From NCBI RefSeq assembly GCF_035594765.1, contig NC_085845.1, positions 108,246,024 through 108,310,023 of the forward strand: a stretch of DNA of 64,000 nt. The letters run 5' to 3'. The position numbers and the translations under genes are program-made. The stretch's first letter is position 1. The number at the start of each line of letters is the position of its first letter. The stretch comes from Anolis carolinensis. Lineage: Eukaryota. Shown here piece after piece: positions 36,296 to 48,543 of the stretch. The notes beneath the pieces are model-generated. The model ran no database searches. It was not told the DNA's origin and saw nothing but the letters and a program-made list of their open reading frames with translations.

Positions 36296-37649
36296 ACATC
36301 TGCCTCTGTCACTTGCTCAGTTTTAAACTGGCGTGGTCTATTTGAAGTTAATAACACTGGCAAGGGATTACAAGACGTGGAGAAAATATCCAGCAGATTT
36401 GGCAGATTTGGGCCAGTGCTGAGGCCCAGGATGGTCTGATCAAGTCATGTATTCCAATATTCTTCAGGGAAGACTGAGAACAGCATAAGTCTCCTTTTTT
36501 CACCTGTTGTGCCAAACCTTTCAGGATCCCAGAACACAGCAAGAACATTATTCTTTTGCTTAATGGCATCTTGCCCAGAGACCAGCAAAATCCTGAATTT
36601 AAAAACATGAGAAGTTTATCTCAGGGACAATTTTTATTTTCTCTTCTGCTATAGTCCTTAAACAATGGTACCACATCTTGAACTGTCTGGGGGTAGTGTA
36701 ACACTTCTAAACGCAGGTCTCCCCATGCAGAAGTCTGTATGTAGATCAATGGGAAAAGGACTAAGCCAGAAGAATCCCATCTTTCTGTCTCACTTTTTTG
36801 ATGAGAGACTTTTATTCCGACATGATGTACCCCTGTGGGGTGTGTACCATAAACTTTTTTGGAGGGCTTTTCATAATGAGAAGAAGCAAGCATGAGTGCA
36901 TAGCTGTTCCTCATACAAAGTTTTTTTCTTTTTTTCTGCAGGGTTGGCTCAAATTATTCTGCTTTCCTACACACACAAAACTGTGCCTTGATATACTCAC
37001 ACCTGTTACATCATGCACTTTGTGGGTAAGGCACTATTGTATTGTAAGGCACTAGCGGTCTTTCTGGAGGTGGTTGACACTGGGAAAAATGGACCCCAAA
37101 TGGACCATTGAGTGTCCCTATGATGAACAGCGATTCCCAATTATTAGGAGTTTCTTCTACTTTAAACAGACTTTGATCTGCTTTGGGCCAAGTCAGGGGG
37201 TACTCCAGAGTTTGCTGAAAACTCCAGAGTGTCCTGTGGTTTCAGTGCACACTGGACAGCAGGATAGGTTCTGATTCGGTTCAATCTTCAATCCAGATTG
37301 AACACTGTTGCCATCGCAGGGGGATGAATTATGTCCATGTCGTTGCTACCATTGCCTCAAGCTAGCCTCAAAGCTCTAGCTTGGTGTGCATGCACTCTGC
37401 TGGGGAAGCTCACATCTTACCTTCTCCATGTCACCACCACTGCTGGTCCTAGCTGACTATGGAGCTCCACCTGAGCTCCTGGCCATAGTAGGCTCCTTTA
37501 CTGACATGAGAGCAGCAAGGACAGGGGAAATTGTCTCTTCTTTTTGCTATTTGCATGGCACCAACAGAGGAGCCCACAATAGCCAACTTAGATGGAGATC
37601 CATATCCAACTAGCAGAAGTGAAGGTGGCAAAGCGAAACAAGTTAAATG

Positions 37650-38945
37650 TAGGCATCCTATCCCATTGTAGCCTGTGGGGCATGTCTTGTTCCATCCCAT
37701 GGGGGCGTCCCATCCCATGGCGTTGTCCCATCCCATTCCATCCCATGGAGGGCGTCCCGTCCCATCCCATTGCAAGCATCCCATCCCATCTCATCTCGTG
37801 GGGGGCATCCCATCCCTGTGGGGGGCGTCCAGTTCCATCCTGTCTGGTGGGGGGTGTCCTGTCCTGTCCCATGGTAGCTGTACGGTCCCGTTGGGGCATC
37901 TTGTCCTGACCTGTCCCGAGAAGTCATCCCGTCCTGTCCTGTTTCGTGGGGATTTCCTGTCTCATCCCACCCCATGGGGGGCAACCTGTCCTGTCCCATG
38001 GGAGGCATCCCGTGCCATCCTGTGGGTGGTATCCTGTCTTGTCTCATACCGTGGGGGGCAATCTGTCCCATAGGGGGCATCCCATCCTGTCCTGTTGGGG
38101 TGTCCCATTCCATCCCGTGGGAGTGTCCTGTCCCTTGGGGGGGCGTCCCGTCTTGTCCTGTGGGGGGCTTACCGGCACATCCTTGGGGGGTGTCCCATCA
38201 CATAAAGTCCTATAGGGGGTGTCCGGCCCCATCCCGTGGTGGGTATCCCATCCCTTCCCTTCCTGTGGGGGCCATCCATCCCGTGTTGTGCTTCCCATCG
38301 CATCCCGTCCCATGGGGGGCATCCCATCACATTGTATACTGTGGGGCACATCCTGTGCCATCCCATGGGGGCGGCCCATCCTGTCCTGTGGGGTCATCCC
38401 ATCCCATCCCATCCCATCCCATGGAGGGTGTCCCGTCCCATTTTGTGGGGGCATCCCATCCTGCCTGGTGGGAGGTGTCCAGTACCGTCCCATGGTAGCC
38501 ATCCGGTCCCGTGGGGGGCATCTTATCCCATCCTGTCCTGAGTGGTCATCCTGTCCCATCCTGTTCCGTGGGGGACATCCTGTCCCAGCCTGTGCCATCC
38601 CATCCTGTCGGGGATGTCCTGTTCCATCCTGTACCATGGCTGGCATCCCGTCCAGTCCCGTGGGGGGGGGCATCTTGTCCCATTCCCAGAGGTCATCCCA
38701 TCCCACTCCATCCTGTTTTGTGGGGGGCGGCTCGTCCTGTCTTGTGGGGGGCGCGTCCACATCCTGTCCCATGGGGTTGTCCCGTCCCATAGGGGGCAGA
38801 CCATCCCATCCCATCCCGTGGGGGGCATTCTGTCATGTCCCATCCCGTGGGGGCATCCTGTCTCATCCCGCCCTGTGAGGGGCAACCTGTCCCGTCCCAT
38901 GGGGGTTTCCTGACCTATCTCGTGGGGGCGGCCCATCCCATCCTA
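37650..38945. repeat. GC-rich degenerate minisatellite (ATCCC/GTCCT units punctuated by TGGGGG)
   Basis: About 1.3 kb of atcccatcctgtcccatgggggg-like units. Confidence 0.9.
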
Positions 38946-39214
38946 TGGTGGTGTGGAAATGGTGTTTTGCCCTTCAAAAGGCCCTTAGGACCTGCTAATG
39001 GTTTACAGTAATGTTCAGTTTTTCTCAAAAAGACATGAAGAGATCAATCTTTTTATTATTAACAGAGCCCTAAGGTGTATCTATACTGTAGAATTAACAG
39101 TTTGACACTGCTCGATGTTATGGAACTATGCTGTAGCTCAGCGAAGCACCAGAACTCTTTGGCAGAAGAAGTTACGGTCTTGTAAAACTACAGGCATGAT
39201 TCTATAGTAGTGCC

Positions 39215-39830
39215 AAGCTATTTAAAAAAGTACAAATTCAAATGAAGCCAGAATATTTTTATTGAGTTTGACAGACATGGACATAAATCTTGACACAAAT
39301 AAGGATATTTTGTTCGAATTTTTGACTACAGCAGCAAGGATAGTCTATGCCAGATATTGGAAAGCAGAAGAAGTCCCACCCAAAGATCAATGGTTAGAAA
39401 AGGTCATGGAAATAATGAATATGGACAAGCTAACATTTTTATTGAAGAGACATACAGGGAGACCATCTACACCTATGGACTGGCGTCCCTTTAAGGAATA
39501 TATGAAAATATAACAGCAAGAGACAATTCAAATATACTACTACTAGAAACCAAAGAATGAGACCTTAATTTTAGACAAGAATGGGGGAAGAGACTAAGAT
39601 ATTAAATAAATACTACAAGAACTAACTTAAATGCAAAGTAGAAGAATGGAAGTAACCATTTTCCTCTTCCTTCCCTGTTTCCTCCCTTTTTCTTTTAATT
39701 CCCGTGTAATCTGATATTTCCCTACCCTTACTCATACCCTTATCCATACTCTTATTGCCCCTTCTCCATACCCTTTTATTATTACCTTTGTGAAAACTTC
39801 TAATAAAAATGTTTATTTTAAAAAAACTAA
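39215..39830 (+). mobile_element. L1 LINE 3' end
   Basis: ILFEFLTTAARIVYARYWKAEEVPPKDQWLEKVME..MDKLT; AATAAA plus A-rich tail at 39802-39826. Confidence 0.88.
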
Positions 39831-40404
39831 AAATTATTCCTACTTCTCCAGTTAATACAACTAAAGATATGAAAAGCAAAGAGGGGTTTCTGTCACTATA
39901 AGATAAAAATAGTTAGTATTGTGAGTCAAGGAATATATCCGGAAAAGCGGAAAGGTTGATTTTAAGTTAAATAAGTATTTCACAAACACAATGTGAAATA
40001 CAGTGGATTCAATTATTGTGAGAAAGATCCCAGTACAGCAAAGGCAGTAAGTCACAAAATATCAGAGACCACAGTGGGGAGGAACACCATTGAGAAAGGC
40101 CCCCTACTTTGTGCCCCATGTTTGTATTTCCACAGGCAATAATCTGGCCGGATGCTGTTGTAGGGGAAACGGACATTGTAGGTTTTTAATGATGGGAATG
40201 AGTTTCATTACATTTATAATAGAAACAGTCCCTCTGTTGCTGCAGGTTTTCAAACATCCCACTTCTAAATTTTATTTCATTTTTTCAATAGTGGTATTTC
40301 AATACTAATTTTCAGAACAAACAGTCGTTTGTTGTATGTGCAGCCCATTCATGTCCCTAAAGATGGAAAAAAGCATGCTGCTACACCGCCTTAGCACTTA
40401 GCAT

Positions 40405-42180
40405 TGAGATCGAGGCCCCCAGGACTCCCTGCATTCAATCTGACCTGACCTGCAGCAGGGAGTTCCACATATCCGGAAAAGTCCTGTTGAGCCAGCCAAT
40501 GAAATGTGCACTCCAGCAGCAGCTTTCAACATGTCTGGATTATCTCTTCTTCTGCCTCCCTCCCTAACCCTAACATTGTAACTAATCCTTAATAAAAGTA
40601 TAATTACATTCTAACCTTTTCCTCTCATAGTGATTACTATGTGTCTTTTCCATTGTACAAGCATGTGAGCCTCTCCCTTCCTTTCCACTAAACACCAGCC
40701 CTCCATATTGATCTTTCCCCTCCCTAGCTGATGGCAGTCGCTGGCAGCTGGTTGAAAGTTGAACTGCGGTTACAAAGAATCTCAGGATCTCGGTAACTGC
40801 ACATCAACGGATCGACACCATTTTTGCACCACATTTTCCTGAACTAATTCTAAGCCTGCTACTTCACTTTCTGCACTTTGGACCCCTATGCTCTGGGAAT
40901 GACTTTTATTCCTATAGAATCAAATTTAAAGTGACGAACTGCTTACTGTGAACAGAGCCTCTTCGCTGCTGTGCTGTCGCCTCGCTGCCCGCGGCTCGAG
41001 GAGTTTGGACTTCATAGTGGACTCGATGGGATCATCCAAACGTCTCCCCATGTCCCAAAGCTATGATCACAGCCTCCATCGACCCCCTTCAACTGGACAT
41101 TGGCCGGCTTGGCCATGCCCCTTGGACACCCAATGGAACTCCTTCCTTTCCCTTGGATCTCATGCCTTCCTATGTGATTTATGAGTTTAGCCTAGACTTT
41201 TGGTGGGTGGGACGGGTTAATATGATGTATGAATGAACCCCTTACATGTATCCCTTTCCCCTTGTCCCCTATATGAACTATGAAAAACGAAGCACCACCT
41301 TTGTGTGACCCCAGCCTCAATCCCCAGGAAAATCTCCCTATCTCTGGGGGAAAATAATCCCATAACAAAAAGGACAACCAGGAACTCTTTGCATGGACAA
41401 TAACAATGGACACCCCTTCAGGCATTGGAGCAGGCCACCTGAAAGAGAGTGCCCCCTTGGTAATCCTGTCACATTCCAAAGGGGGGACAACTGGCCTTTG
41501 GAAAGCTGAGATTGCCCCCACAGTTTTCCTCTTTGTCTTCACAACTGCTGTCAAGATCTTGCCCATCTGTCTCCATATTCAGTCTTTAGAAAAACTGGAT
41601 TCTGATGGACCTGTCAGACACAGATGTATATTTCCACCTCTGAAAAACACTATCTTGCTGGCTTGAGAATCCCAGGGGGTCATCGCCAGCTGTTGGACAC
41701 TCATTGAGTCACTTTTAATCCACTCAAATCCCTTCCCAGGTCCTTTGTTCGTGCTCGGACCACCTCCTTGCTCCTGATTGGCCGAGAGGCTGAAGCAGCG
41801 CTGGCTCTCTGATTGGGCGAGACATTCGCACCTCTCCTCCAGCTGATGAAGACAACCAATCAGCGTGAAGCCGGCTGAGGGGGAGGGAACGGGAAGTTCA
41901 AACCTGTCCACCCTGTTTCTTTGCTATAAAGTGTACTGTATTCCATTGCATGACATATCTGCTTGACGAAATATCGCGGTTTGACATCCTTTCCAGCTGG
42001 ATCGCAATAAACGACTCGGTGGCATTTCTTCAGCTCTGCTGAGATTTATTTGGGAAACCGAGGGAAATTCTTATCAAAGAGGCTCTCTTTCCTCGCCAGA
42101 GTTTTGAGCCCTCGTCTTCTGTTTGGGGCTACGGGCTCTCCCTCTCTGGGCGAAGCCTTCCAAATCTTAGCTTGACTTCA
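40405..42180 (+). mobile_element. Putative long solo LTR / LTR-like element
   Basis: TGAG...TTCA termini with 4-bp GCAT duplication on both sides; CCAAT boxes (41775-41860), TATAAA 41925, AATAAA 42006. Confidence 0.45.
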
Positions 42181-42817
42181 GCATCACAGATGTTCCCAAT
42201 TTTCTGTATTTCACGGATGAAAACTGGGGAACATCTAGCCAAATATCAGTTCATAATCAAGATGACCAAAGTTATTTGTAAGGAAGAACACACAGGTAAG
42301 AGAGAATGGAACTGTTTGCTTTTGCCTAAATCTACTGGGAAGGGCAGGAATTCACCCATTCCTCACCCCTTCTCCCTGCTAAATGAACTACTTTTGCTGC
42401 TTAAACGCAACTGGTGGCCACTGAAATAAGCTGAGGACAAAGGCAAGAGAGAGAGAGAGAAACTGGGACATTTCAAAAGAGGCTAAAATTTGGGACACAG
42501 AAGGACATACCGGAACTCTCTTTGCCAAATCAGGATTGTCAGAAGATACGGTTTTCTACATTTGGATCCAAATTCTAAATCACTGAGACTGTAGCCCCTT
42601 CTACACTGCCATGTAAAATTCAAATTATCTGCTTTCAACTGGATTATATGGAAGTGTAGACTCATATAATCCAGTTCAAAGCAGATAATGTGGCTTTTAT
42701 GTGGCTGCGCATGTGGAAGAACTGCCAGAAGACTGTTTGGAAAGACTGGGACTTAAATGTGCTTACAGTCACAGTGCTATAATTGTGACATGTTGAAAAA
42801 AACCAGTCATGACCATA

Positions 42818-43217
42818 CCGTGTTTCTCCAAAAATAAGACAGTGTCTTATATTAATTTTTGCTCCTAAAGATGCTCTAGGTCTTATTTTCAGGGGATGTC
42901 TTATTTTTCCATGAAAAAGAATTCACATTTATTGTTGAACAAAAAAAATGAACATTGATTATATACTGGACAGTAGTTGTCATCACAAACCAGCATAACC
43001 AGACAAACTGAATCCTATCAAGAATTTCTTGTTACTACCATTATTTCCATGTACAACACTCTATGGTACGTACATTTCCTGATCCTGCATGCTCTGGTGT
43101 TCTGTTCTGTGGGCATGCTTCCAAACAAAAACTTTGCTAGGTCTTACTTTCAGCAATTCAGCAAAACCTCTACTAGATCTTATTTTCTGGGGATGTCTTA
43201 TTTTAGGGGAAACAGGG
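42818..43217. mobile_element. pogo/Tigger-like MITE
   Basis: CCGTGTTTCTCCAAAAATAAGACA / TGTCTTATTTTAGGGGAAACAGGG termini, TA TSD. Confidence 0.8.
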
Positions 43218-43812
43218 TAGCGGTTTTCTGCGGAGGCACTTGAGGCTCCCCCTTAGTTAGTTTTATTCCTTGCTCGATTGCTCTGCTTGTTTCATAGAAA
43301 GGCTTCTGGTATGTGAGGATTAGGGGCCAGAAGACCGATAATTGCACAGCCTTTCACTACGACAAACTGATCCTGCTTATATTCTTCTTTGAGCCGCAAG
43401 TAAGAGACTAATTGTCTTATTGCCATCTATATAACTCCATATAACATCTATATAATCAACTCTCCCCAACCTAGCACCCTAGAAATATGTAGGATTGCTA
43501 CTTCTGTTATCCTGTCAGTAAAGAATGTATTCTGAAGGGTTGATGGGCATGTACCTACATGCCTCAGTTAACAAACGCATTGCTAATTGTTAACAAAGGC
43601 ATTGTTAATTGACGGGGATTGCTTTGTAACATCCAGCAGGCCTCCTTTTCCTATTTCCAGCTGGAGGATTTTCAGCAGCATCGGCATTGGTAGGATTGTG
43701 GAGGGCTGTAGAGACTTTCAGTGCTAGGTTTCAGCAGCATATCTACAGTAAACAATGCACATAGCTGGGGAAGAACTGGATTTCACTCTTGCCAATCCTA
43801 CTGCATGGCCAC

Positions 43813-44067
43813 TAGGACTGTAGCCAAGGGGGGGGGGGTGAGAGGCTCACCCCCCCCCCAATTTTTTAAAACTGGTTTACTCATGAATTTTAACTAATTA
43901 ACCAAATCCCCATGAATGTCCACTGAAGTTTATCTATCTTGAGTGTCTACTGAAGTTTATCAATGGACCCTGATTTCTAAATTATTTGCGTTATAGAATT
44001 ACTTTCATGATTCACTAAAAAAGTTTCAACCTGTCTCCTCCGAATATTTTTTCTGGCTACAGCCCTG
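43813..44067. mobile_element. hAT (Tip100-like) MITE
   Basis: TAGGACTGTAGCCA / TGGCTACAGCCCTG termini; 8-bp TSD ATGGCCAC / GTGGCCAC. Confidence 0.85.
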
Positions 44068-44469
44068 GTGGCCACCTAAACGGCCAAGATAAACAGCGGC
44101 TGCCTCCAGGACCCTCTTCAGTCAATATGTTTGAACCTCAAAACAGCGCCTCACCAGCTCCCTACAATATGTTACAGTTGGCCATCAAGAATAGGTCTCT
44201 TTAGCCACCTACACCAGAAACGGAGGACCATCATCCTCGGCCTATGAGGGATCGCCTAAGTAAGTTACAGTTGGCCACAAAAAGGAAAATCATGAAAGGA
44301 AAAATCAGTCCTGGGTGAAATTTGCAAGAAGCTTCAATGAGTTCTCTTAGTAGGTTCAAAATGTTGAGTTATATAAGGCTTTTCACATGCACAGATTGTT
44401 AATTCTGAATGAAAACTCTGCTGAAACATGAACTGTCCCTCTATAATTCTTTTGGTGGCACTGGCACAC

Positions 44470-44825
44470 ACAGCTGTATAAAATTCACATTGAACTGGAT
44501 GATCTGGCAGGGTAGACTCAGGGCCCTTCCACACAGCCCTATATCCCAGAATATCAAGGCAGAAAATCCCACATTTGCTTTGAACAGGTTATGAGTCCAC
44601 GCTGCCATATATTCCAGTTCAAAGCAGGTATTGTGGGATTTTCTACCTTGATATTCCGGGATATAGGGCTGTGTGGAAGGGCCCTCTGATAATCCAGTTC
44701 AAAGCAGATCTTGTGAATGATCCGCCTTGATATTCTGGGTTATATGGCTGTGTGGGAGGACGTGATTTCACACTGCCAGATCATCCACTTCAACGTGGGT
44801 TTTATACAGCTGTGTGGAAGGGACC
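44470..44825. mobile_element. Palindromic lizard MITE family (cttccacacagc...ataatccagttcaaagcag); other copies near 11185-11320, 32540-32835, 42590-42700, 45570-45785
   Basis: Recurrent inverted-repeat motif; nested copy visible at 44523-44683. Confidence 0.65.
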
Positions 44826-44869
44826 TTTCTCTCCCTTTTAAATCGACAGAAACGGTGTTTTCTAGTTCA

Positions 44870-45420
44870 AAGCGGCCCAGGGGGCGCTGCGAAGGAAAAG
44901 GGTCAGGGCGATAAGAGGGGCGCCTCCTGCTGCCTGCAATTCCCCTGCAATTCCCCTGTCCTTGCTACCGTCAGGCTCCTCCTTCCCTTCCTGGGGGAGG
45001 CGGGACTTCCTGCTTGACGCAGGCCACGGCCATGCTGCTTGGCGCGCTGATAGTCAGGGGGAAGCCCCTCCCCCTCCTTCTCCGCTGTTGCTCCTGCCGC
45101 GAGCAAGCCTCTCCCGCCTCCGCCTGGGCGCGCGCCATCTCCCGAAGCAGCAGCGCCGCCGCCATGAAGCAGGTGAGCTTCCCGCTCGGGGCACGCGACG
45201 CTGCTCTAGTCAGAGCTCAGGCTCAAGACGCTCGCCAACACTCTTTAGGACTCCAACTCCCAGGCGCCTCAGCCAGCATGGCCCACGGTCAGGAATTCTG
45301 GGAAGTGTAGTCGCCAAACACTGACCGACCCACGATTGGGACCCGCTACACCAGGTCGTCCCCGTGGTTCCGCTTAGGCCGCGTGGCATGCTGGTATTTG
45401 TAGTTTGGGGCGGCGCCTGA
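44870..45420 (+). promoter_or_regulatory. LAP3 CpG island promoter / exon 1 region
   Basis: High GC/CpG; GGAGGCGGGAC GC box and ACTTCC ETS site near 44996-45010; ACTACA..TCCCA-type motifs downstream. Confidence 0.75.
45032..45172 (+). CDS. LAP3: LAP3 (cytosol aminopeptidase, M17) coding exon 1
   Basis: MLLGALIVRGKPLPLLLRCC...ARAISRSSSAAAMKQ|gtgagc; Arg/Leu/Ser-rich presequence followed by second in-frame ATG (45164) in gccgccgccATG context. Confidence 0.88.
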
Positions 45421-47739
45421 TCTTTGTATCAGAGAATGCCCAGTACCCCTTCCTGGACTGCAAATCCCAGGACTCTCCAGAAGGTTGCCATGGCAAAATG
45501 GAATCTTGGCTCAGTAATGGTGTAGCCTCAAGAGAGAATGGCTATCCATTGTCATGAGGCCTGCAGAGCCTTCCTGTGCAGATAGAGCATAAAATCCACC
45601 AGTTTCTGCTTTGAACTGAATTCTGTGGCAGTGTAGACTTAAGGGCCCTTCCACACAGCCATATAACCCAGAATATCAAGGCAGAAAATCCAACAATAAC
45701 TGGGTTATCTGAGTCCACACTGCTATATATTCCAGTTCAAAGCAGAAAATGTGAGATTTTATTCAGCTGTGTGGAAGGGGACATAGTGTAATAACTGGTG
45801 CGTATGTTCTTGAGACTTAGGCATTGAAGAAAAACCACCCTTTACCTGCCCTGGATGTGAGATATTGTCTAAAATCAAAACGTGGAAATTTTCCGTTTGT
45901 ATACTGCAAGTTCAAAAATTTCCATCCTGGAAATGTTGGCTTTTCCAAGTTTTGTAGGAACTATGGCAATAAGTTGCCTTATCCAAAGTGAGATAAAGAT
46001 GGAGTGGTCAAAATGCAGCAGTCAATAATAATAAATAAATAATAAAACTTTATCTATATCCCGCCACCATTTCCCCAACGGGGACTCGATGTCAAGATGT
46101 TGCTGTCCTGCATCATCCATTAGACCTACCCAGCAAGGTAGGATAGCTGGGAGTTCCAATCCAGCTCAATTTGAGGAATATTGCAGGCCACCCAGCTCAG
46201 GGCTGTATTGGCCAGACTTCATTCCAAGGGTCCTGACATGATACTTTCTCAATGTTACCAGGCAATGCCAAGAAGCACATTACTTACAGCCCTTCTAGTG
46301 TGTGGGTAGTTAGAACTGAGTAAGAACTACTGTACCATATTTACTCTTAACACTCACGTTTTTGGTCAAATTACAAAGACCCACACTTTTTGCCGCTGTG
46401 CATTACATTCACCAGCAAATACTTTTTTGGTTTCAGGGTTTTGAAAATTGAGGCGCACATTAGATTCAGTAACACATTAGACTCCAGTGAATACGGTACT
46501 TTCCCAAGGGAATTCTAGGAAGCATATAACCTATAATCCTTCTAGAACTATTGTTCTAATCTAAAGGATAAAGAAACCTTTGGCTTGCTAGGCATTTCGA
46601 TCTATGATATCCACAATTACTCACCACTGCCCTTGCTCAAGCTGCTGGGAATTGCAGGCCTAAGTGTTAGGGAGTCGTTTACACTATAGGTTGGTCATGG
46701 TTAATATGTGTGCCATGTGTGGTCTTATCAGTGGCATTCACACGGTTCTCCAGATGTTGGTGGACTACAACTCCCCCCATCCCCCCCCCCAAACAAACCC
46801 TTAATTGTTTCAAGTTGGATCTTGTGTGACAGGTTTGGTCCAGATCCATCAACCATGTAGGAGCCTTTGTGGATCAAACAGACGTATAAATAAACTTTGA
46901 CTTTTATTTAGTTTAGATAGTTCAATAAATAAAATGATTTTAAAAAATATGTAAGTGAAAATTATTATTAAAATAATACAATGTAAATTTTTGTTTCATT
47001 CAGTAATAATATTGGAACTTCTATATTTTCAAGGCATTGAGCAAGCTGGCACTTTGGCCAGTTTGCAACTGAATCCTGGGTTTTGTAGTTGAGGGAGGGA
47101 AATTCGATTCACAGCCAGATTTAGTGCCTTAGACTGGAAAAAGCCAGGATTTCACAGAATGTCACCATGGCTGTCAAAGTAGACTTGCAGTGCTGTAATT
47201 ACAGAGTGAGAAAGGGCTTCTGGACTCTCAAAACCTACCTGCTTCCAATCTAAAACAAAATGAATTAGGCCTCCTCTAGAGTCCTACCAGCCACCAAACC
47301 ACATTAAAAAAATTTCTATTTTGGCTCTTTTTCTTTCAAGAAACAGTAAGCAGCTGAGAGAGAGAAAAGACCTGATGCAAACAAGTTCTTTAACCTTTAA
47401 CTAAGGTTAGATTATCTGTAATAACAGTCTGGCTTTGGCATTTGTCTTATGATCAACCTGGATGGTACACCTGCATTATTCTTTAGCAGATATATGAAAG
47501 AAAATATTTTGGCCAATGCCATATTTTTTCATTGTGTGATAAGCTTCCTGAAGTACTGATCTTCATTACATATGGTTAGGTTGAAGAAAAAAGCATGGAA
47601 AGGGTATGTGTGGCCCAAAATCCTATGTTGAGTCTGAAATGGTTGTAGACCACATTTCCTGCCTAAGTTGCTTTGAATTGAATGGCGGATAATATTCAAC
47701 AACTGTGGACAGATATTTGTATCTTAGCTCTTCAGTAAC

Positions 47740-48090
47740 ATAATAAACATTGACTAGGGGGCAAGCTTGTTTTCTGTTGCTCTGGAGATATGATACAAAT
47801 GGCAGGAAAAGAGATCCCACCTAAACATTAGGAAGAACTTCCTGTTGGGAAGAGCTGTTTGGCAGTGGAATATGCTGCTTGAGAGTGTGGTAGAGTCTGC
47901 TGGAAGCTTTGACTGTGTTCCTGCATGGCAGGCGTTGAACTGAATGACCCTTATGGGTGTGGGGTGTCCTGCTTGAGAGTATGGTAGAGTCTGCTTCTCT
48001 GGAGATTTTTAAGCAGAAGCTGGAAGCTTTGACTATGTTCCTGCATGGCAGACATTGAACTGAATGACCCTTATGGTCTCTTCCAACTCT
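47740..48090 (+). mobile_element. Old CR1 3' fragment with a local ~90-bp tandem duplication
   Basis: Similarity to 25060-25335; gcttgagagt..gaatgacccttatgg occurs twice. Confidence 0.7.
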
Positions 48091-48495
48091 TCTGAATACC
48101 TCTGGACTTATTTCAGTCTATACAATCTTGGCAACAATCAAAGGCTTCCTGCAATTATTGTGTGCCTCTGGCAGTTGGGTCAACAGAAATTGAGATGTCA
48201 GAAATACAATACAGTACATGTCCTGCCCTATTTGGTATTTGGAAAAAAAAGCTGTGCCTTTTTATTTCTGACATGTCTTTTCTTGCCAAGTACCCCTTTA
48301 ATTACAGATGGTGCTTGGCACTCTTACATTTTTTCATGCACTTTCATATACACGCCAGAGGTCATTCCCATTTATCATACAGAACTAGTAATGAGCAGTT
48401 AAGGAGATGGGACAAGGGTGTGCCGCCTTAGTATAAAATCTGGAGGCTCTGCAGATTGCTGTGAAGGTGTGTGGAGCTGGAAACAGGGTAGGATC

Positions 48496-48543
48496 ATGCC
48501 GCCAACAGGTGCTCAACACAGCGCTGCTACTGGTCCTGACAAG
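48496..48543 (+). CDS. Candidate alternative LAP3 first coding exon (MPPTGAQHSAATGPDK)
   Basis: TATAAAA at 48432, ATG with -3 A, 16 open codons, AAG|gtattt phase-0 donor compatible with exon 2; no transcript evidence available. Confidence 0.4.

Noticed and set aside
37588-38936. Many long overlapping ORFs (up to 256 aa; Gly/Pro/Trp/Cys-rich, superficially keratin-associated or beta-keratin-like)
   Set aside because: Open in nearly all six frames because the minisatellite lacks stop codons; no splice or promoter context
41843-41870. CTGATGA as a second hammerhead core
   Set aside because: No stem II followed by GAAA..UH at the required spacing
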